A stretch of 54,063 nucleotides of DNA, the filler included, from Catajapyx aquilonaris (taxonomy: Eukaryota), in assembly GCA_000934665.2 (NCBI GenBank). It is 2 parts of 2 records of this genome, joined end to end, with 100 filler letters (N's around TTAATTAATTAA, not from the genome) between each part and the next. Parts side by side here need not be neighbours in the genome. Positions count along the whole stretch, not along the records: positions 1 to 26,855 come from JYFJ02005141.1; 1 more part is not named here. One strand, written 5' to 3'. How positions within the stretch are numbered: the stretch's first letter is position 1; every line of letters begins with the position of its first letter. Position numbers and translations under genes: made by a program. Positions 12,311 through 25,079 of the stretch are shown piece by piece. The notes under the pieces are model-generated. The model made no database searches. It had not been told where the DNA came from and saw only the letters and a program-made list of their open reading frames with translations.

Positions 12311-13209
12311 TATTCCCGTTATATGCTATATTTCGGCTTTATTTGATACCCATTTGATGCCCCCCCCCCCNCCCCCCCCCCCCTTTTTTTTTTCCAGATG
12401 TGCAACGTTGTTACTGGGACGTGCGTCGCATCGGAGCTTCGCCACGCACTTAGACTGGAGGTAATTTCATGTGTTTCCGTTGAAGTGCAGGTGATGAGCG
12501 TGGGTGCTGGGTGAGGGGGAGAGGGGGATTATTCCGCGTGTGTGACGCACACCCCAGTGGACTGTGTCCACACGGTTGGCATCATCGGTTGGAACCAGAG
12601 CAAATCCGAAAGCGAGTGGCCCACCCCACGGAATGGCCGAATTTAAAAAAAATCCCTCCGGACGGTCCTTGCCCAAACTGGACGCATCCAAAATGTGGAC
12701 GGACTCCGATTGGAGCGAGGCTTGCATTTAGTCCTAATAGACATAGATCTCTCTCTCTTTTTTTACAGTCTGCCATCGCCTGGCCACGCTGCTTGATAAA
12801 GCCTGAGCCGCAAACAGATTTGGGAATAAACTTTCTACCCCTCCACCCACCCTCTCTCTGCAAAGGGGTGCTGTTTAAACAATCATCCGTGCATGAATAT
12901 GTGAACAAATATGGGGCGGCAAATGGGCATGGGGCTGAAGCCAGGCTCACTCAATATTCACATGCACGTTGCTTTATCGGGTTCATCTCTAGCCTAGTCG
13001 CAGGTTGCCAGACCAATGGATTGTTCTGTCTAGACCTATAGAGGAGATCTGGCACGTTTAAAACTCCCGCCCTTTTGTTGATAGACTTCCAGGAGGTACC
13101 AGGTGCAATGGAGAATACACGATTTATTCCACATCTGGTAATCATGCTACGTATGGTTACCAGGTGGAATAAACAGTATTTTCCGCGACTGTGCCTATAG
13201 GCCCCCGGG

Positions 13210-14142
13210 CAAAGAGCTTATACTAGGAAGAGTGGAAAAAACGGTTTCCAAGCGTCGCCACTTTTTTGCCAGTTGTTTGGCCAACGTGTTTTGCTGTTGG
13301 CTCACTACGCGGCGCCACTAGGCGGCACCGTCGAGTGCTGTCGAGAGGAATTTCAATAAACTGTGTTGATTTAATATCAAGAGGCACATAATTAAGAGTT
13401 ATAAATCTAAAAACTGACCAATATGAGGTCGTATGCGGTTAAGGCACTAATTTTGGACCCGAAACTGATATTCGACGCAGCTTGCCACCCTGCACCTAAC
13501 AATCCAAATAATCACCTCGTTGCTTAGAAATCACGTTCGAATTTTGAAATAGAACAAGTTCCAAGGCCGGCATAGTGGGGCGTAGACGGTCGGGGGTTGG
13601 GTGCCGAGTGCTACTACTGCTGTTCGCGCACGGGGTCTCGGATCGCATTCTTTTCATTACCGAAGGACCCTCCACGGCTCTCGAGTTCACGGTAGCCTAT
13701 AGAAGAACAACCCCGACCCGCCACAAGATGGACATAGCAGCGGGGGGTACATCTTCCTGTCATGACCATGTTCAGCATCATGACCAGTGTGTACAGTAGC
13801 CTACCGTGGTGTGTATTGTATAGCGCAGAGTGTGGGATTATTGTAGTGGCAATAAACTTCTGGCAAACAATTTGCTTTTCGTGATGGTATTTTATTCACA
13901 GGTCTTCTACATCGTGTTTTGTCGTCAATTTTTACACCAACGAGAGTATACGAGTGCTTATAGCTTATTTCCAACCTCTGGGGCTTTTATTGCCATATTT
14001 CCGGCACTGCCTCGATCTACCGTATTGTAAAATACAGTATCGAGTTTCGCTGTCGACTCGCCAGGTGGCAGGTCAGTCGATTGGCGACACGGTTGCTATG
14101 CTACCAGCTGTTTTTTCCACTCTTCCTAGTATAAGCTCTTTG
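13210..14142. mobile_element. Non-autonomous P-superfamily-like DNA transposon (933 bp)
   Basis: Perfect 33-bp TIR CAAAGAGCTTATACTAGGAAGAGTGGAAAAAAC. 8-bp TSD CCCCCGGG (13202-13209 / 14143-14150). Empty site visible at ~14343-14362. Confidence 0.9.
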
Positions 14143-14270
14143 CCCCCGGGGTTATGGCAGAGTAGGGCGGTAAAGGGAAATAGGAAAGGGACATACCGAC
14201 AATCTTTACTTTTTATATACAGGGCACAGTAAGATTTATTTATTTATTTATTTACAAGCGACGCACGTGG

Positions 14271-14483
14271 CCTGGTAACCATGCCAGGTATACCTTGCAT
14301 GGTTACCAGGTGGAATAAATAGTATTTTCCGCGACTGTGCCTATAGGCCCCCGGGGTTATGGCAGAGTAGGGCGGTAAAGGGAAATAGGAATGGGACATA
14401 CCGACAATCTTTACTTTTTATATACAGGGCACAGTAAGATTTATTTATTTATTTATTTATTTACAAGCGACGCACGTGGCCTG
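14271..14483 (+). repeat. Second copy of a ~210-bp tandem duplication (first copy ~13134-14274, interrupted by the P-like element)
   Basis: Near-identical ATGGTTACCAGGTGGAATAAA...GGCCCCCGGGGTTATGGC...ACAAGCGACGCACGTGGCCTG in both copies. Confidence 0.88.
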
Positions 14484-14531
14484 AATTGGATCTAAAATGG
14501 ACAAACAAACAAACATTGCCATTTACTACTT

Positions 14532-14671
14532 GTAGCAGCGGAGCCCGTTCTTCTGACGGCCTGTTTTCTTGGTAATGTATAATCAACAACTATAAATATT
14601 GTTTTTTTGATGCCATGTTAACCTGTTTCCATGGACAAACAAGCAAACGAACTTTTCCTTATACAGTATGA
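14532..14671 (-). mobile_element. Short non-autonomous Helitron (family 1)
   Basis: Minus strand starts A|TCATACTGTATAAGGAAAAGTT and ends with hairpin CCGTCAGAAGAACGG then GCTCCGCTGCTAC. Homologous to 21016-21138. Confidence 0.7.
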
Positions 14672-14672
14672 T

Positions 14673-14723
<51 letters not shown>

Positions 14724-14724
14724 T
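14671..14724. repeat. (ATTT)n microsatellite
   Basis: About 13 perfect ATTT units. Confidence 0.95.
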
Positions 14725-16551
14725 TCGATACTGGTTTGGCGCAGAATTTCTAAAATGAATGGGTCCACTTATAAAATAGTCGTGGGTGTAAATATAACGC
14801 GGTGTGCTTGGAACCGAGTCGAATTGCGAGAGTGGGTTTTGGGGCCAGCCAACCCTGGGCATTGTTTGCACCATGGCTGCTAATTGCAAGAAATGCACTT
14901 CCACATCCCTCCCACTCTCCCTGTACAGTATATACATCCAGTTCATACACACACATATATATGCACTCTCACACACACACTCCCCAGGGAGTTGGGGGGT
15001 TGGAAATGGCGAATTTTGGAGGGCGACTAATTATGCCGCGACCTTGACCCGGATATGACCTTGAAGCTAATTAATGCGGAATTACAGCTCTGCTTTTAGT
15101 TGCTGTAAAAAGTGTCATCTGGCTCACCCTGTAATACTGCGCAGCAAGAAGACGAAATAATGAACAAGGCGTGGGAGGTAGGCTACTTTAATATTTAATC
15201 AGGATTAAATAAATAGGGGCAGGCTAAAAGTGTTGACTGTTACATGAATAGGCCAGTGTAAAACATGTTGCGCAGTAACTATTTTCGTTGCCTTATATAT
15301 TATTAGCTACTAGTTTCCCCGTTTGCCAAAACTAGGGCTGTCTACATAGTACCATATGGCTCACACAGATGGCGCATCTGCCCACTACTGTTGGGACAAG
15401 TAGTATAGCGCCCTGGTGGACTTTGTCCGCGGAGTGACTCATCACCAACGTGCATGTAGTACTACTTTCTCCCTGAGAGACGCAGGAGTGTGCACATGGA
15501 GAGTCTATGCGTCAACTGGTAGTGGCATATCGTACTACAGACCTACAGTACGTCCAAGTTGGGGGGGGGGGTGGGCCAAGCAGTGTTGCCAAATATAAGT
15601 AAATTATTATTCGGAGCAAGTCTTCTAAGTATGTATGCCGTTTTTTCCCCTTCAAATTGTTGTAATCAGGCCACACCATCTAGCAGGCATTAAATTAGCG
15701 AAAATGAACGAGCTTCTTGACAGTTCGCGTGTCGACTCAGTTTCACCCGAGGCACACTGAATGACCAGTCAACTAGTGGACACTTTTTTTTTGTGCATGT
15801 GGGACACGCGGTTGGCTCGATATGACTTGACCAGCTCCGGCGGGAACTGCCAACCGAAACACACTCCCCGGAAAAAAAAATTAGCGCGCTAATTAATTGC
15901 GGTGGTGATTCTGGCAATGGAAGAGCTGTTCTCCCAGAGCTAGGACTATCAAATTCTGTTGCCAGGTTATCATATTTTTATTTTTCACTGCAGGTGAATT
16001 CGAGGGGACTAAAAAGTGATGAGAACAAAGGGCGATGCGGCACTACAGGGTGAGGCCAAATATACCGAAACATATCTGGTTTGCTATGGAATAAAGTATG
16101 GGGCAAATTTTAAAGGCCTTCAATCGCTCTTGTCAAAGCCACAACAACGTTCATTGAGCGGCACACATAGCTGGCGGATTAGCTCCCGCTTGCTTGCATT
16201 GATTTAAAAATCATGCTGGGCGACGAACCGTGCCCGACAGGGCCACAACAAAGGACAGTAGGGCTACTGGTGCGGTGAGGAAAAGCCATACAGCAACACC
16301 AAGATAAATGGCACCTCTATAACTCCATATTAGTGCACACAATTGAGCCTGAAAATTCTATAGATGAATTTTTTTAAATGAGCGCAACCTAGTCAGTTCG
16401 CGCAAATTGTTTCCAACACTAAGCTTGACGGGGTAACAATATGGCCGACATTTGCGATGTTGACAAGTCTCTGGAAGGCTACTGGGGTTAATTGAGGAGT
16501 AACTGTGCAACGTCGTTGCTGTCGGAACAATGGACTTGCGCGAGTGTGTGT

Positions 16552-16818
16552 GGACGCGTCTTTTGCTATCCTTGTGAGGAATTTTTGACGCGTTTTTCCT
16601 ATCCTTGTGAGGAATTTTGTCATTACGAGGTAGTTTTCCTGTACCTCATAGTGAACACACGCCTCACAAGGATAGGGAAAAATCGAAACAATACCTCATA
16701 AAGAGAGTAAAAATATATTTCGCCAAAATTTCGCGTGTTTCCTTGTAGGTTAGGTTAGGTTCGGTTAGTTTTAAATTTTAAATTTTGGAAAAACCTCACA
16801 AGGATAGGAATGCGCGCC
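16552..16818. mobile_element. MITE with duplicated subterminal inverted repeats and an internal (GGTTA)n tract
   Basis: CTATCCTTGTGAGG twice on the left and CCTCACAAGGATAG twice on the right; GGTTAGGTTAGGTT inside. Confidence 0.7.
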
Positions 16819-17676
16819 TGTGTGCGCACTCGGTTGTGTCTGTAAAAAACATTCATCTATAATTTGTATGGAGCGTTGTCATGGCGGCCCGGTTCTTTAA
16901 TAAATTTGTAGCAAAAACGAGAGTGTAATGAAAATAGCTACTAATTTTTGTCGAGTGCATGAGTTTGACATTTACTGGCACACGACACGACATTTTTTGG
17001 GGGGAGACACACCCCAATCTACAGTAGGTGCAAGGAATAACGTCATGTGTAGCATCATATACAGGGTTAAACATTTTTTTTTCAAACCATATTTTTCACC
17101 ACTTGTATGTGAGTCGCAGTGAATCACCCTGTAGTCGTCAGTGGCCCACCCGAGACCCTCGATCCTGTAATGCCCCTCCAAAAAATGTCTACAGGGCCGC
17201 CCCTGGGTCCCAAGGGACACACCTTTGCCGATGCATCACTATTTCCATCCCCCCCCTTCCCTATAAACCCCTGGTATATTACCTTAACCGGAGCTTCAAC
17301 CGCTTTTCCTTTTCATTACACCCGCTTTTTCCCCTGAACGTAATATTCACTTTATTACGGATATTGCGTGTCATCTCGTTTTTTTTTTGGGAGGCCAGAG
17401 TTACAGCTGGGAGGTTATTTGCATATTGCCAAGGGGACTGGAGAGGTCAGAGTCATCATGTACAGGGTGTGTCATCAATGTTGGGTCATTTTGCCACAAA
17501 TATTGGGAAAAGAACTGTGGAACAAAAGGTGTCATTCGCATAAAATCTCGTTGCTGAAATTTTGCCAAAATTTCGCTCGATGTAATTCATTTATAGTATA
17601 GTCCGTAATCGTGCTAATACCTGTAGGTGTTAGTGAACGCGTCTCGAACGAGTGAAACAGGCTGAGAAAATGTACC

Positions 17677-17682
<6 letters not shown>

Positions 17683-17748
<66 letters not shown>
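17683..17748. repeat. (TA)n microsatellite
   Basis: About 33 TA units. Confidence 0.97.
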
Positions 17749-17754
<6 letters not shown>

Positions 17755-18099
17755 AATCATTGCATGTTCAAAGGCGCAGTTGGCTGCCATGTATTTAAAA
17801 CAAAATTTAAAACGATCAGGCCTGAGGGAACTGCTATAAAACGAGTGAATGAATTATTTATAGCGTTTTAAAAAGTGACTAATGTACTGTACATCCATTG
17901 TTTACACAGATGGTTTAGAATTCCATTTTTTTAAGAAAAAGGCAAAAAAATAATATTGTTTTAGTTTTTTACTCAGAGCTGTACATATTCTGCCATTAAA
18001 AATTAACTGTAGTTTTTAACTGTTTGTTCCTGAAAAATTGCAGAGTTGGAAATGAATCGCACTCGTGGAACCTTCCATTCAAATGTCTAAAACAAGTAT

Positions 18100-18402
18100 A
18101 CTTATAATATAATTATAATAATATCATACCCCGTTATCAGCCGGCGGCTCTTTAGGGGGGGATGCGAGTTTTGTTTTGACTGGAACCCTTTCTTTGCATT
18201 TTTACTTCGCTTTTGGGGATAGGATAGGGACGGAACGAAGCGGCTGTGGCCTATTGTTTTAGGAAACAACCCCGACATTTACCTGGAGGGACCGTGGGAA
18301 ACCACAGAAAACCACGGTTAGGGTTGCCGGCCCCGGGGATCGAACCCAGGACCTCCTGATTACCAGTCGGATACCATATCCCTTCCGCCACCACTGATTC
18401 GG
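18100..18402 (-). mobile_element. tRNA-derived SINE, full length with TSD
   Basis: Minus strand has A-box-like TGGCGGAAGGG (18380-18390), B-box GGTTCGATCCC (18336-18346), body GGTTTTCTGTGGTTTCCC...CCAGGTAAATGTCGGGG and an AT-rich tail. 16-bp TSD TGTCTAAAACAAGTAT (18084-18099 / 18403-18418). Confidence 0.9.
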
Positions 18403-19560
18403 TGTCTAAAACAAGTATGGTAGCCTACTGCGCCATATAACCAGACATTAACGTTCGGTTTATCATTTAACTGACAGTTCACAGCTATAGCCTTGGTTTA
18501 CCTTACGTGATATCCGTTATTCTGTCATAATTTGTTATTAATGGAATAATGGCATTTTTCATCATAATCATGTTTTTTGATCAGGAAATATTAATACAAT
18601 GAAATATTATAACTATATGCCAGTTAGAGAAACAGCATAATGCAAATAATAATTTTTGCTGCATTGTACTGTAGGCCTACTTAGTACACTGCTGAAATGT
18701 AAAACTATATAGCACAGAGTGCATCAAAAATTGGAGCACTTATCCCTTGAAAACACACACTTTATTATGCATGTACACTATATTAAATGACAAAAGATTG
18801 AAATTGATATATTTTTAATTAATATGATTCAACTATATCAATAGCCAATTTGAACGCCCTTTGTCCTAAAATACCGTATTTAAACACAGAAGTGTAAATG
18901 ATGTCGAGAGCTGGCCGATTTTCAGTAATTAGAGCATTCGTAATGAACATCTGTAAATAAATACCTAAATGCCGAAATTAAACTTTCATTTAATTTTCGG
19001 CTTGAACATTTTTTTTCACCCCACTTGATTACATACGCAATATAACTAGCGCATCATTTTGACGTGCACTGTGCATATATTAAAAATAATATTCGCTTTT
19101 TACATAGTTTGTCCATTATGAACGCTTAATCGTGTTTAGACTGGGCAAATATGTCGGCAAACATCAATGTTTCATTCTGCTATAGTTTTACTCTTTTTTT
19201 GTTAGTTTGTAATGGTTTTGCTCCAACTCATTATTATGCTATTTACGTTTAGATTTTTGTATATTTTTTATTGTCATAATTAGAGTTTTTATTCATTTTG
19301 CAATTATTTTTCATATTGTTTACTTTTACTGTTATTATTTTGTAACTTATTTGAAGGGATCGGACTGAAAACATGTTATTAACAACAGCTGAGTACAAAG
19401 TACTACTGATCGCATTCCTCTGGCGGCTAACACATTTTTCCCAAACCCTTCCATTACAGTATATTCACAATATTATTATTCACACATTATATTTATTTTG
19501 TAATCAAATTTATGATCCTAATTATTGTTATTTTAAAATTATTTTTACAATTAATTTATT

Positions 19561-19775
19561 TTATAACATGTTGATCTTATTTCGTAATTATTTTATTTTA
19601 TAATATGTTGATCTTATTTCGTAATTATTTTATTTTATAATATGTTGATCTTATTTCGTAATTATTTTATTTTATAATATGTTGATCTTATTTCGTAATT
19701 ATTTTATTTTATAATATGTTGATCTTATTTCGTAATTATTTTATTTTATAATATGTTGATCTTATTTCGTAATTA
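19561..19775. repeat. 37-bp AT-rich minisatellite (~5.7 copies)
   Basis: Unit ATAATATGTTGATCTTATTTCGTAATTATTTTATTTT. Confidence 0.93.
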
Positions 19776-19902
19776 ATATATTACCATAATTTATTTTCAT
19801 AATTCACTCCTTATACCAATTCATTTATTATACTGATTAATTTTTTTATAAATTTCATTTCTTTTATAATACATTTATTACAGTTTCTTCATAGAAAAAA
19901 TG

Positions 19903-20190
19903 TATTATAGAACGGCTGTCCGTCCGTCTGTCTGTGGACAGGTATCAGGGGCTAAACCGCATTAGATAACGACAACGGGTTTTCTGATTCGGATTCAGCA
20001 GACGCTAAATAGCCTCCTGAGACTCCTGGTACAGTATACTGTACCTTTGTTTTTTCCAGCACTTTCTGACTAACTCAAACGCGTAAGGTACGGTACAGTA
20101 TACTGTACTCCGGGTCTCAGGAGGATAGGTACCAAGGTCAACTTCCGGTGACCGGCTACTTCCGGGTTTTCGGGTTCCCTCTGTCCACAA
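19903..20190 (+). mobile_element. DINE-1/Helentron-associated-like element fragment
   Basis: (GTCY)n tract GTCCGTCCGTCTGTCTG followed by TGGACAGGTATCAGGG...AAGGTCAACTTCCGGTGACC; homologous inverted copy at 26519-26700. Confidence 0.6.
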
Positions 20191-21015
20191 AGGATTTAGA
20201 AATTATTTTCCTTAGGCTATTTGTCAACGGAAAATGAAACTGACAAGATTCTATGCCATTGTTATCCAATATTTGAATTTGAGACAAAAAGTCTACTCGA
20301 ATCACGCTCGCGTGATTTGCCAATATTGGTTTTAATTCATTTATTGTAATACTACATAAGTTAACTGATATTTAAGCATCCAAACCAGCCGTACGGAAAC
20401 CGGGAAATGAAACGTATCGTATGTGCCAGAGTAATTGAAAAGTAGGGAAGAAGATCGAGTGTCTAGCAGTGTGGCCAGACGAGAGAAGAGAAGAGGAAGT
20501 TGAGTTGTCGCGTTTGATGGTCAGGGTTGGAGATAGAGAGTTTGGGGGGAGTGAGGGAGGGACATTCCCCCGGAGATCTTCCCCCCCCCCCCCCCCCNTC
20601 CGGAGACTGTCCCCTGGAGTTTCTGGTCCTCCAGGGAGCCTGCCTTCTCTTGTCCCAATCAGGCCGCAAGTGTCCTCTGGCCCCCCCGAGCTTCTGTCCA
20701 CCTATCTGTGCAGCTGCAACGAGAGCACCCTTTCCACCCACCACGTCGAATGGGTGGGGGATAGGAGGACGAAGGAGGATCCGGGGAGATTGGATCCGGG
20801 AAGGATCCGTCCAAATGAAACAGCCGTTTTCTTTCTCCAGGAGTGCCAACGCTGCTCTCTCGTGTAATTGCGACAGGGCAACCACGTCCTTCTAATTCCT
20901 TCTGCTTCCGACACTACCAGGCCACGACACTAACTCCAACTTTAATTCTACCAGCTAATACTTTTGACAACCACTAGCTAGTAGCTATGCAAAAACTAGC
21001 TCATTAAAATATTCA

Positions 21016-21138
21016 TCTTCTAATAGGCCTTTATATAAAAGACAAAGTTTGTTGGTTGGTCTGTCCAAGTTTGGTTTCCATGTCAACCGGTTAGCGTGGC
21101 AACAAACAGGCCGTGAGAAGAACGGGCTCTGCTGCTAG
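21016..21138 (+). mobile_element. Complete 123-bp non-autonomous Helitron (family 1)
   Basis: Inserted between A and T; 5' TC; 3' hairpin CCGTGAGAAGAACGG followed by GCTCTGCTG-CTAG; no TSD. Confidence 0.8.
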
Positions 21139-21959
21139 TCATATATGGTATAGGAAGACTTGTTCGTGCCTTTGTTTGTCCGGGATGAGTCACAAGATAG
21201 GTTCATGTAGTACTGCTGCCCCTCACACGACCCTGAGAGTGGAAGTAGTGAGCAGATGCGCCATGTATGTGAGGGATATGGTATACAACGTATAGACATG
21301 GGGGGAAGTGTTGCCAAGTTTAGGCAAGGAAATATATCTTCCGATACTATCGGAGATACGTCACTGATTCCAACCTAATTAGCAACTACAATACTTTTAA
21401 CCACTGAAAATAACACTGCAAAAGTAATTGTTACCAATAAACAGATTAGTCCCAAAAATTGCACAAATATCTTCGGATCCAAACACTGCCGGAGGAGCTG
21501 ACGTCACTAATTCCTATCTCCAGTAATATTAGCAGCTAATACTTTTGACAACTAACTGATTTAGAATAAGCGGCTTGGTGGCTTTTTTTCTGCACATTTC
21601 GTCACTCGCTCTAATTCGGGGCTGCACTTCATTAGCAATGAAATCTAGTGACTGGCAGGGGCCTATCATGTACTATGAATGGTCCTGCAGTCACGTGAAC
21701 GGTTGGTTGGCAGATAGTTCCTACCGCATAGCCCCGGGGCTGCATTTCTTAGCCATGGCGAGTGACGTGCTCGATTCAAAAAATAATATATCAATCAGTT
21801 TGACACATTGTTGAAGGTTCGCACCGGTCGAATGGACATGTCGCATTAATGCTTGACGAGAATGGCACGCACGGCTCTCAACCCACGATCAAATATTTCC
21901 TGGCCCTACAACTGGGCACACTATACTATAGTTGGCCGGTGGCTTTGAAGAACTGTGAT

Positions 21960-22555
21960 GAAACGGCATCTCTCCATCACAGTTGCCAGCTGAGGAGTCT
22001 CACTTGGAATGGCTTCTCTCCCTCAAAATTGCCAGATGAACATAAATATATTGTTTCCCTCACAGTAATGTTGCCAGCTGAGGAGTTTCATTAAAATGGC
22101 TTCTCTCCATCAGTTTCCAGATAAGTTTCACTAGAATGGTTTTTCTCCTTCAGAATTGCCAGATGAACAGTTTTACTGGGATATATGATCCCCATCACAG
22201 TTACCAGACGCGCAGTCTCACTGGAATGGCTTCTCTCCCTCAGAATTGCCAGCTGAGCATCTCACTGGAATGGCTTCTCTCCCGGAAAATTGCCAGATAA
22301 ACAGTTTAACTGGAACATCTTCTCTCCACAGTTGCCAGATGAGAAGTTTCACTACAAGTAGTTCTCTCCCTCAAAATTGTCAGCTGAGCAGTTTTACTGG
22401 AATGGCTTCTCTTCCTCAGAATTGCCAGATGAACAGTTTTACAGTAGTATCTTCTCTCCATCACAGTTACCAGACGCGCAGTTTTACTAGAATGGCTTCT
22501 CTCCTTCAGAATTGCCATCTGGGCAGTATCACTGGAATGGCTTCTCCTTCCAGTC
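21960..22555. repeat. Degenerate ~45-bp minisatellite
   Basis: Recurring ACTGGAATGGCTTCTCTCCCTCAGAATTGCCAG(A/C)TGA. Confidence 0.85.
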
Positions 22556-24185
22556 TTACCATGTCATGCCAACCAAAATTTTCTCCCTGCAGTGTTACCA
22601 GACCACCCTGCTTGAGTGTCTTCTTCCAGGGTGACCAGATGACCAAGTATCAGATGTAAGTGCCCGAGTGGACATGTCGCGGGTTTTATCCTCGAGCCAC
22701 AACACATAGAAACAGGTGCAGACGACGTGCCTAATTGGCTGTCATCCCTCAAATCCGGAGAAGGAAAAGTGGGGCGTGTCCTAAAGTGTCCCCCTCGCCC
22801 AAGTAATTAGGTTTCGGTTCTTCCCCTGGGGTAAGGGATAACCTATCTGCTCAATCCCCCCTTACATCTTCCAAATGTATATAACCCACCCCTGGGCCTA
22901 ACACACATACAGGGTGGTGCACTGTTGGCTACCCTGGACGTCTGGAACAATCTCAGTTGGCTATCATGTGACTATTGGCTACCCTTCGCCTTTGGACTAC
23001 CTGTCATGGCGGCCCTAAGGGGTTTAAACTTACGAGTTATCTTTTCTCCATGAGGAAAATGCAACTTACTGTCACTGAACTGCCTGTTATAGTGAGAGTG
23101 GACCACCCTGTGCGTCAGAATGCCTGAGTCACCTGGGTGTTGACTAAGGTAGTATCAGTTTTTTTTTTGGGGGGGGGGGGTCTGAATCACCGGAAGGAAG
23201 GCTCTCACACCTTGCCTCTTTTTGTGAGGGAAAGACCCTTGACTATCATCTGGGTTATTGAATTGATTATAGAGGCGACTAACTGCATTGGGAGGGGTGG
23301 AAAGAAGGATTAATACCCCCCTCCCAAAAATGGATTGTTGCGGGTGACATTGGTGACAGGACGCGGCTGATACACATCTTGTCTAATCATGGAAAAAGAA
23401 TAAGAGAATATATTTGCATTTATCAATATTTATCAAAATATTGTATTATAGTGGCTCGGGTGAATGACCCTTACGATAATAATTGGTGCTTGAACCGAAT
23501 GTAAACAAGCCATGATCCCATCTCTGAAAAATACAGGTCATGACCTCCCCCTTCCCACTGTATTACCTTCAAGGCAAAACAAGCCACTCGGGCTTACATT
23601 TCGCGAATGAAATGCTGCATTTTGTCTCTTTTTTTTACCCCCTCTCTTCATTTTTCGCAAACGGAATTTTTATTGAGCGAGTTGTAAACAAGCTGTTTGG
23701 GCTCGCAAAAAAGAGAGAGAGAGAAGCTCCATCTATATTTTCTGCAACCGATTCTCTGCAAAATTACCCCCCAAGGTAGATCCGCGAAAAAATTGTTAGC
23801 ATGTAACACGACTTGATGATTACAATTGACTAATGATCGCAAATTTTCTCTGAAAATGTGACGCGTCACAGTCATGTCGAGTTGAATTTTCGCAAAACGT
23901 ATTTTCGCAATCTGGTTACACCTTGAAAGGTTGTTAGTACGACACGTACAGCATAACTTTTATGGGCCACCTTTGATTACGACATTCAAGTCGACTTACC
24001 CTGTAAATAATTTTGGGAGCTGTGCAATTATGGGTACTCTCGTGCCGACTGGAGTGCGTGAGACACGAGTAATTATTGTCGGTGTACAAAGTTGATACCG
24101 TTAAGTGTAAGTGCTCAACAAGTGATACCGTAATCTTACAACTGTGACAGGGAGGGATTGGGTTCATGCACAATAAGTGAGCACA

Positions 24186-24750
24186 AGAGGGTCGGACGCG
24201 GTCGAGACGCGGTCGAAACAAGTTGAAGACACGATTGAAATTATTTACTACAATATCGTACAAGAGAGGTTCATGCACAGTAGGTGATTATCAGAGGGCC
24301 GGACGCGGTCGAGACGCGGTCGAAACACGATCGAAACACGGTCGAGACGCGGTCGAAACACGCTGAAGATGCGATAGAAATTATTTACTACAATATCGCA
24401 CAAGAGAGGTTCATGCACAGTAGGTGATTATCAGAGGGCCGGACGCGGTCGGACGCCTCGAGACGCGGTCGAAACACATTGAAGACACGATTGAAATTAT
24501 TTACTACAAGATCGGACAAGAGAGGTTTATGCACAGTAGGTGATTATTACGAGAGGGTCGGACGCGGTCGAGACGCGGTCGAAACACGATCGAAACAAGG
24601 TCAAGACGCGGTCGAAACACATTGAAGACGTTATTGAAATTTATTCACTACAAGATTGGACAAGAGAGGTTCATGCACAGTAGGTGATTATCAGAGGGCC
24701 GGACGCGGTTGAGACGCGGTCGAGACGCGGTCTGAACGTGGTCGAGATTA
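24186..24750. repeat. Tandem repeat of ~105-150-bp units with nested 11-bp GACGCGGTCGA subrepeats
   Basis: Four copies of GAAATTATTTACTACAA...CAAGAGAGGTTCATGCACAGTAGGTGATTAT separated by variable numbers of ACGCGGTCGA(G/A) modules. Confidence 0.9.
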
Positions 24751-25079
24751 CTCCAAGAGAATCAAATGTCTTGCCGGCCTAATTTTGACCGCGTTTGGAG
24801 CGCGTCTGGGGGCCATCTAGTTGAAATTAACGCAGACTACCAGGTAGCCATGAGCCTACAAGTAGCATTTAACCGGTCGACTTGGCAGTAGAAAGACACA
24901 CTTGGGGATCAATATTTTAATTTAAAAGTAATTAAAATATTAAAAAACATAAAATCATAATAATCATATTGGCACATTATTTTTAAAAGATTAAAGAAAT
25001 TTTAAACTGAGGACATTTTTTTTGAAACGTTCATTTTTTGAATTTTATCAACATTGATGATCTTTGTTTACCAATAATT

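Noticed and set aside
13496..14030. Short ORFs inside the P-like element as transposase remnants
   Set aside because: No THAP (C2CH) or transposase motif found in any frame examined
18330..18402. tRNA gene
   Set aside because: A and B boxes are present but I could not build a convincing cloverleaf; it is followed by a SINE body and tail and bounded by a TSD
20372..20914. Cluster of overlapping ORFs in a GC-rich block
   Set aside because: Low-complexity poly-C/G sequence with an ambiguous base; no recognisable domain or splice structure
22246..22659. 137-aa ORF with SFTGMASLPQNCQ repeats
   Set aside because: Part of a 45-bp tandem array whose neighbouring units contain frameshifts and stops
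22655..23157. Possible solo LTR (TG...CA, TATA-like motif)
   Set aside because: No matching TSD or terminal inverted repeat consistent with both ends
24186..24750. CRISPR-like alternation of constant and variable segments
   Set aside because: The variable parts are themselves repeats of one 11-mer rather than unique spacers; eukaryotic context and no cas genes
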